NCBI GenBank assembly: GCA_964016885.1
Contig: OZ024751.1
Span: 18,228,001 to 18,292,000, forward strand
Source: Eledone cirrhosa
Taxonomy: Eukaryota
DNA: 64,000 nucleotides
Direction: 5' to 3'
Shown here in pieces: positions 55,966 to 64,000 of this stretch (its first letter is position 1; each line of letters begins with the position of its first letter). A program made the translations under genes and the position numbers. Under the pieces are notes generated by a model. The model had not been told where the DNA came from. It did not search any database and worked only from the letters and a program-made list of their open reading frames with translations.

Positions 55966-56376
55966 TACGATATTAAACAAATGGAAACTATATTTATTTC
56001 ATTATACATATTTCAGGGATACCATATTAAAAATATGGCATGCCTTCGTCAGATAAAATACAATATATAAACAGTTTTATAAATAATTTTGACGTACCAT
56101 ATTATAAGCAACCATTATCCTAATTTAATGGTCGCTTATAATATGGTACGTCAAAATTATTTATAAAACTGTTTATATATTGTATTTTATCTGACGAAGG
56201 CATGCCATATTTTTAATATGGTATCCCTGAAATATGTATAATGAAATAAATATGGTTTTATAAATATAGTTTCCATTTGTTTAATATCGTATATATACTC
56301 CAAAAACTTGTCGAGTGCTTTATATCAGTTATAAAATATTTACTTGTTGTAACCCAACAATTTTAAATAAAACCTT

Positions 56377-56380
<4 letters not shown>
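55966..56380. mobile_element. Family C fold-back element with two hammerheads (55995-56060 minus, 56183-56248 plus)
   Basis: Near-perfect ~125-bp inverted arms centred at ~56121, flanked by (TA)n. Confidence 0.85.
56183..56248 (+). ncRNA. Type I hammerhead ribozyme, family C
   Basis: tattttat-CTGACGA-aggcatgccatatt..aatatggtatccct-GAAA-tatgta-TA/atgaaata. 8-bp stem I and ~13-bp stem II. Confidence 0.85.
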
Positions 56381-56433
<53 letters not shown>

Positions 56434-57234
56434 GATCGAGTATCGAAAAATCGGCGCACGAGTTAACGAAAAACGAAATCCGATATGAGCGGCAGAGGGC
56501 TCAATAATTCAGATGAATCAGAGCTATAACTATCGTTAAAATACCGTCACATATAGAACAAGTCTACAATCAACCATACGATTTAAAATCGATAAAGGAA
56601 GATTCGGGCCAAACAGATAAAAAATATCAATAAAACAATACGTCAATAATTTAAATGAATGTAAAATCATACCCGGACCCACTAGAAAGGTGTTAAATCT
56701 AGCTTCATGGGTTTCTGTAAATCCTTAGACAGTACTCTATCAGCTCACATATAAATATAAAAGCCTACTAGAATAAGTGGAATGGAGGTTACGTTGTCAA
56801 CGAGTTTTATCCTGGCGGCAAAGGAGTCAACTAGCGGTGAAAAACGCACATGGCATTAGACAAGGGAGATGACCCCTATAACCGCGAAAATAATTCGAGT
56901 GAATGTGGAAATACACATATCGAATTAGAGTGCTCAATAGACATGTTAAAATAAAACAAAAGCTATTCATCACTCAATATATATATATATACGATATATT
57001 AACAAATGGAAACTATATTTATAAAACCATATTTATTTCATTATACATATTTCAAGGACACCAAGTTAAATTATGGTTATATTTAATACATTAACAGAGA
57101 AAGCCTTAAGCGATATTCTGATCAACTCCATCTCATTCAGCAAACATTAGGATATACCTAATTATTCTCCCAATTTAGTGTTTGGGGTGCTAACTAATCA
57201 GTATTTCGTGGATAGCTGGTTGTATTATTTTATA

Positions 57235-57415
57235 TTGGCAGAATCGGTAGAGGGTCGGACGCCATGCTTTGCAGCAAAGAGTTACGGCCCTTTATGGTTT
57301 GAGTTCAAATCCCGCCGAGGTTAACTTTGCCTTTCATCCTTACGGGGTCGATAAAATAAAGTACCAGTAATACACTGGGATAATTGCTGGCCTTGTGCCA
57401 AAAGTAGAAACAATT
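57235..57415 (+). mobile_element. SINE family 1 (young copy)
   Basis: Nearly identical to 61624-61803. Confidence 0.9.
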
Positions 57416-57781
57416 ATTTTATATGAGACATTATTAAATAAATATCTCTTTCCTTCCAGACGATCGTTTCGTTATAAGATTTTTACAATTTGGGATAAAT
57501 AATGTCCAGGTTTTGTAGAAACTTGTATATAATCCAGTGTCTTATACACAAGCGAACCTCTTATAAACTCATTAGTGGATGCCCAAATAATATCGATATA
57601 AAAATTAATTCGACATTAATAAATTAGTGATGGTCTCCTTCAGCGCTATATATATAAGCAAAGAGATATTTAATTTGCTAGTTATTCAACAAATTTATTT
57701 ATTATAACAAATTCGAAGCACTCTACAAATAATAATATCAATGATATTAATAAATGTAAACTATATTTATAAAACCATATT

Positions 57782-57845
57782 TATTTTATTATATATATTT
57801 CAAGGGTACCAAAACAACTTTGGTACGCTCTCATCAGATAAAATA
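57782..57845 (-). ncRNA. Type I hammerhead, family C (element ~57655-57900)
   Basis: tattttat-CTGATGA-gagcgtaccaaa..tttggtaccctt-GAAA-tatata-TA/ataaaata, with a perfect 8-bp stem I. Confidence 0.82.
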
Positions 57846-58197
57846 CAAAATTTGTTTTATAAATAGTTTTATAAATATAGCTTCCATTTATAATATCATT
57901 GATATATATATATATATATACATATATATATAGTCGTATATGAATATTTAAACATATATAAATATAAGTATGTATACGTACATACATATATGTATACAGA
58001 CGTACAGTAGTATGTATATATATACATACATGCACACATATATATATATGTACGTATGGGTTTACCGAACATTTATTATAATGTTCGGTTTGTTTGTAAA
58101 CATTTATCGTTTGATATGCAAATTAGGCTGCTCAGCCGTTAATATGCATAAGGAAAGTATATACTTTCAAACGTTCAATCATCTGACAGGAAGGTAT

Positions 58198-58240
58198 ACG
58201 ATGCTGACGATAGCTAATAAGCTTGAAACTAGTTCATCGT
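58198..58240 (+). ncRNA. Type I hammerhead, family I, between ~115-bp inverted arms (57985-58100/58313-58430)
   Basis: acgatg-CTGACGA-tagctaataagctt-GAAA-ctag-TT/catcgt. Stem I extends further (CTGACA/TGTCAG, GTTCAA/TTGAAC). Confidence 0.85.
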
Positions 58241-58523
58241 TCCTTTGTCAGTGTTGAACAAAAGAGCAACGATGGTTGCCGAACACTGTACGGCTTAATT
58301 CGGGCTGTTTGATTACAAACAAACCGAACATTATAATAAATGTTCGATAAACCCATAAGTACATATATATATGTGTGCATGTAAGTATATATATATACAT
58401 ACTGCTGTACGTCTGTATACATATATGTATTTAGGTATCAGCCGTACTAAGAGTGAGAAATGAAATTTCGTTTAATTCTTTTCCATTTAAACATATATAG
58501 ATATTCATATATGCCTATAGATA

Positions 58524-58558
<35 letters not shown>

Positions 58559-58849
58559 ATACTGAAAGTTTTCGTGAAATAATCTTTTCAAGACTATACA
58601 GAGCATTTGTAGTTGTTCCAAATTGAAGGATGAGTATTTTAAACTTTATTTTATCATGAGTTAAAGCCCCATTGATTTTTCCCTGAATTTCACTAAATTC
58701 TGTTGGATAAATCTATATCCTGATTCTTTTTCAATTGAGTTTGAATTATTTTTCCCACATCTTACGTTAACTAGTTTCCCATGTTGATGCTATAGTCACT
58801 TATATATTATGGAATACTGTTGGCTTCATGCTGCAATAATTTCTATACC

Positions 58850-58928
<79 letters not shown>

Positions 58929-59060
58929 CAAAGAGATATTTAATTTGCTAGTTATTCAACAAATTTATTTATTATAACAGTTTCGAAGCACTCTACAGTA
59001 TTTCTGGAGTATAATATCAATGATATTAATAAATGGAAACGATATTTATAAAACAATATT

Positions 59061-59123
59061 TATTTATTATATATATTTCAAGGGTACCAAAACAACTTTG
59101 GTACGCTTTCATCAGATAAAATA
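59061..59123 (-). ncRNA. Type I hammerhead, family C (element ~58925-59180)
   Basis: Close copy of 57782-57845. Confidence 0.78.
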
Positions 59124-59177
59124 CAAAATTTATTTTATAAATAGTTTTATAAATATAGCTTCCATTTATAATATCAT

Positions 59178-59259
<82 letters not shown>

Positions 59260-59412
59260 ATAATAATAAATTTGAAGACTAAAATCCAAAGAGGGCTCGA
59301 TAAGGATAAATATATATCAAATATATAAGAACCGTAGAGCAAATATTTATTAAAATAACAGATTAAAGTTTAAGCAAAGAATCGCTGCTTTCACCCTTAA
59401 CGGGATCTTCTG

Positions 59413-59463
59413 AGTTTCAGAAGATCCCGTTAAGGGGGAAAGCAGCGATTCTTTGCTTAAACT
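59413..59463 (+). ncRNA. Type I hammerhead with variant CAGAAGA core, family H, in a fold-back palindrome (~59344-59488)
   Basis: agttt-CAGAAGA-tccc-gttaa-gggg-GAAA-gca..tgc-TT/aaact. Confidence 0.65.
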
Positions 59464-59479
59464 TTAATCTGTTATATTA

Positions 59480-59542
<63 letters not shown>

Positions 59543-60057
59543 CATTAGATTCAAAACAAAAGTGACTGCCCAGTCAGCCATGGTCCAAGCGGAACCTAGT
59601 TGAACGTGAAGAAGTACGGGCTGGTTGTTAAGTTGTGGTAGCTGTCGTTGTTGTTGTTATAATATCGCGACTGTGTTGTTATGCCTGTGGTGGGGGTAGT
59701 GTTGTTGTTGTGAGACGATGGTGTTGATGTTATGACAATGAAGGAGGTTATTGTGCTGACAGGGATCAAATTTGAAGAACAAAGGGACGGAGAAATGAAC
59801 AAATAAAGAACCCTTAACAAATGAACAACTAATCTGTAACGACAGATGCCCCGAGCATTGTATGTATGTTATATATGTATGTATGTTATATATGTATGTA
59901 TGTATGTGTGTATGTATGTGTGCATGTATGTATGTGTGTATGTATGTATATATGTATGTATGTGTGTGTGTATGTGTGTATGTATGTATGTGTGTATGTA
60001 TGTGTGTGTATGTATGTGTGTGTATGTATGTGTGTGTATGTGTGTATGTATGTATGT

Positions 60058-60089
<32 letters not shown>

Positions 60090-60216
60090 GTGTGTATGTA
60101 TATATGTATGTGTGTGTGTATGTATGTATGTGTGTATGTATGTATGTATGCATGTATGTGTGTATGTATGCATGTATGTATGTGTGTGTATGTATGTACG
60201 TATAGATGGATGGATG

Positions 60217-60253
<37 letters not shown>

Positions 60254-60620
60254 ATGCATGTATTTGTGTGTTTATACGTGTGGATGTATGCATGTATGGA
60301 TTTATGTGTGTATGTATATTCATCTGTATATAAGTATTTATGCATATTTGTATGTGCGTATATATATACATGTATGTATATACATATGCATACATGTGTA
60401 TATGTATGGATGTTGTGATTGTTATATACACTGGTTTGTGAGAATACTGTAGTGACTGGTGGTAGTAGTACCACTAGTAGTAGTAGTAGTAGTAGTAGTA
60501 GTAGCGGTGGTGGTGGCGGTAGTAGTAGTAGTAGTAGTGGTAGTAGTGGTAGTGGTAGTGGTGGTAGTAGTAGTAGTAATAGTAGTAGTAGTAGTGGTGG
60601 TGGTGGCGGTAGTAGTAGTG

Positions 60621-60652
<32 letters not shown>

Positions 60653-60934
60653 TGTAGTAGTAGTAGTAGTAGTGGTTGTAGTAGTAGTAGTACCATTAGC
60701 AGTAAAATTATTCAGTGATTGTAATTCTGTGATGAAAGCTATGTTATTGTTATTGGCATTGTCGTTAATGGTGAATATGATATGTGACTGTGTATGTGTG
60801 TGTATCTGCATGCGTGTGTGTATGTGTGTATGTATGTGTGTGAGTGTATGTGTCTAGTAAAGTTCTAAAAGTTATTAGATGAAATTTAACCATATTTATA
60901 TTACCAGGGATACGAAATTGTATATGCATAAGGA

Positions 60935-61204
60935 CTGGGCCTCGTTTGCATTCAAAATGTGAGGGTTGGGGGCGCAAACTAACATTTGTTGATTCTTAAA
61001 GGAGTATAAATTGCTTATGGTGTCTTTTCCTGGACCCTATCACATAAGTAAAATTTTGACACTAATTAAATGATGTTCAGATTTAAAAAAATAAGTTTAA
61101 AAAGAATTTATTATATCAAATATACCAAAAATAAAGTATAGACGTTTGAAAAAGTAGGGCGATTTGTCCCCTGGTACCCCCCCCCTCCTGAAACAAGGCC
61201 CTTG
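60935..61204. mobile_element. hAT-like MITE
   Basis: 8-bp TSD CATAAGGA (60927-60934, 61205-61212) and imperfect TIRs GGGCCTCGTTT / AAACAAGGCCC. Confidence 0.75.
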
Positions 61205-61615
61205 CATAAGGACCACATGGTAGTCCATCTGTATTGAGAAAAAATTAATGCACCTTCAATTGTATCGATCCGTAACTTGTTGCTTGTTAAGTCGTAAGGG
61301 TGTCATAATAACACACAGCATATATTGGGCATTTTAAATTTTGTGGAAACCATCAGAAATCCATGTCCGAACACAGCTGATTTCTTCCAGAAAATGAGAG
61401 TGTGAGAGATGGAGAGAGAGAGAGGGGAAGTGAGAAAGAATTGACCCCAGTACTGGGCCGCTAGTCCATCGTCTACCTCGAATTGATGAAAAGTAAACGT
61501 TAACCTCGTTGGGATATGAAATCAGAGCACCTAGAGACGGAACAAATAACAGAAGGTATTTTACCAGTCCTTCTAACTACTCAACCAATTCGCCACTACA
61601 TTAATAAATAAGTTA

Positions 61616-61982
61616 TGGTGGACTGGCAGTATCGGTAGAGGGTCGGACGCCATGCTTTGCATCAAAGAGTTACGGCCCTTTATGGTCTGAGTTCAAATCC
61701 CGCCGAGGTTAACTTTGCCTTTCATCCTTACGGGGTCGATAAAATAAAGTACCAGTAATACACTGGGATAATTGCTGGCCTTGTGCCAAAAGTAGAAACA
61801 ATTATATTAGTCTTTTGTTGAGGGTCGGACGCCATGCCTTAACGCATAGAGTTATGGCCCTCGCCATTCTGAGTTCAAATCTCGCCGAGGTTAACTTTGC
61901 CTTTCATCCTTACGGGGTCGATAAAATAAAGTACCAGAAATGTACTGGGTAATTGCTGGCCTGTGCCAAAAGTAGAAATAAT
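61616..61982 (+). mobile_element. Two tandem SINE family 1 copies
   Basis: Both match the consensus and both are followed by the same flank ATTATATTAGTCTTTTGTT. Confidence 0.88.
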
Positions 61983-63019
61983 TATATTAGTCTTTTGTTC
62001 CATTTTAGCCTGAGGTGTTTTTAAAGTGATCGTCAGCAGGATGTTTCAAATTTGAATGCGGGTGAAATTTTATGTCAAGACTCTCTAATTGTTTCATATT
62101 CTTGTTGTTGCTGTTGTTATTATGGTTGTTGTTGTTGTTGGTGGTGGTGGTGGTGGTGGTGCCCTTAATCAGCCCTGTTCGAGCAAATGTATGATCAAAG
62201 GCGCTACAACTATCTTTTATTTTAGATCTTTGACCAATTTATCCCTTATTTCAAATTTAATCTATCCAGAACTACGTTATCAAATGTGTCCTTTCCTCTT
62301 TTTTTATGATGATATTGAAGTATTTGATGTGAGGTATATTTGACTGCTATTTTTAGTTAGAGCCATCACATAAAACTCGCTCGTTGGCTCATTGTAGTTG
62401 CCCAGGAAAAGAGAAAGGTTCAGCTTGGGTGAGATTTGATCTCAAAACCTACAAACGAAATATAACTAAACAACAGCGCAGTATATTTTGTATGTCGCTC
62501 TACCGAATCTGCCAAGGGGCACTCCATTTGATTGGTCTTGTGCCAAGTAAGATGAGGGAATGAGTTCAAAGGACAGAAAAGTCAGAAATTATACTTTAAA
62601 TGGAATTGAAGATTAAATGAATAAAATAAAAGCAAAACTAAAAGTAAAAGAAAGAAAAAAAACAACTGTGTCAAAGAATAAGGAAGGTTAAATAATGCTG
62701 AGAGAATGAAGACAAAAAAAAATATACTGTGGAAAAAGACGTCAGATGGGGTGAAGGAAATGCTATAAAATGATTAAAGAATGAATGTGATGTAGAAAAA
62801 AGTGGCAAAAAATATAATGTGACGAGCAAAATATATCGTAAAAAGGAAATTAGTAAATTAACATTCAGATGAAAAGCTGTGATGGTCATTGTCGCTGAAA
62901 AAAGAAAGTGTTAATGAAATAGAACTCCCAGTGTCCGAAACATTACAATTCATATATGTTCATAGCAAAAGTACTGAGTATAGCAAATTTATTAAGAGAT
63001 TTGCGTTATTAAATGTTTG

Positions 63020-63185
63020 GTTTTACGGCCCTTTACGTTGTGAGTTCAAATCCTGCCCAGGTTAGCCTTGCCTTTCATCCGTACGAGGTCGATAAAATAA
63101 AGTACCAGTAATGCACTAGTGTCAATTTAATCGTATTTCCCTCCCCCTTCAAATTTCTGGCTTTGTGCCTAAATTAGAAACAGTT
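63020..63185 (+). mobile_element. SINE family 1 (5'-truncated)
   Basis: Match to the family consensus from the B box onward. Confidence 0.8.
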
Positions 63186-63261
63186 ATTAAATGTGTCTGA
63201 GCAGATTTGTTACTTAAGATTGAATTTTGACGAACTTTGAATAATATATTTAGAATATGAC

Positions 63262-63475
63262 AGTCGATCAACTTTCGTCAAATCGGACCGAAGAAACAAT
63301 GTTTCCATTAGTCTCTCCAATTGCTAATACTATCTATCGGTCGTAACTCCAGAAGGAGCGACGTGAAATAAAGTGTATTGCCCAAGGACATAACGCATCG
63401 CCCTGTTCCAGGAATCTAACTCACAACCTCGTGTTTGTAAATCCAATTCTCTAATCACCCAGCTACATGCCTTCA
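63262..63475 (-). mobile_element. SINE family 2 (CORE-like)
   Basis: Homolog of 25455-25673. Confidence 0.82.
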
Positions 63476-63714
63476 CATTTAGCCTAGTCAGCGAAATGGT
63501 AGAGTCGTAAGAACGTCGGATTCATTTGCGGTATATAGTCGGCGAAATGGTAGAGTCGTAAGAACGTCGGATCCATTTGCGGTAGTCATTCCTGTTTTCT
63601 TCTCTCTGAGTTCAAATACCTCCGAGGACAAGTTAACCTTTCAGCATTTCCTGATCTATAGAAAAGTACCAGTTTAGTACTGGGGTTAATTCTTCCACTA
63701 TATCTCTTTCTCAC

Positions 63715-63780
<66 letters not shown>

Positions 63781-64000
63781 TTTCCTTCGCTGTGTTCAGA
63801 CCGGGGGAGGGATGGGCTCCGCCAAGCTTAAAATGCCCAAGAAACGCCGTTTACCACTGCGGCACCCCTACGACTCAATTGGAAGTTACGGGACCATGAC
63901 ACACCATACCGTATAGGTTGGTGGGGTGGCTGAATTGGTAGAGCATCAAATAAAATATAACAAATTACGGAATTTTTTCGGGATCATTCCATTCTGAGTT

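Overview
AT-rich eukaryotic DNA saturated with repeats. The tRNA-SINE families and very high (TA)n/(CA)n/(TACA)n density suggest an octopod cephalopod; this is inference. Almost all long ORFs in the supplied track are translated microsatellites or minisatellites. Supported content: (1) a 5'-truncated CR1-group LINE with an intact RT ORF (39077-41323), embedded in a ~7 kb (TA)n array interrupted by CG; (2) two R4/Dong-type restriction-like-endonuclease retrotransposon 3' ends, one in (TAA)n and one in (TACA)n; (3) an internally deleted RTE-type element with an HDV-like ribozyme fold at its 5' end; (4) a solo LTR (TGTT...AACA, 5-bp TSD) expanded to 4 kb by a 39-bp minisatellite; (5) two Helitron copies, a hAT-like MITE and more than 25 SINE copies; (6) one likely host exon on the minus strand (20022-20423, adhesion-GPCR GAIN-like) with a single in-frame TAG at a probable Trp position. 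The strongest unexplained signal is about 18 type-I hammerhead ribozyme motifs from at least 8 sequence families. They lie in short insertions next to (TA)n tracts, many of them fold-back palindromes that turn at or near the ribozyme (Penelope-like or retrozyme-type elements). Some families carry variant catalytic cores and very long stem II inserts. All RNA structures were paired by eye and none has been computed or tested.
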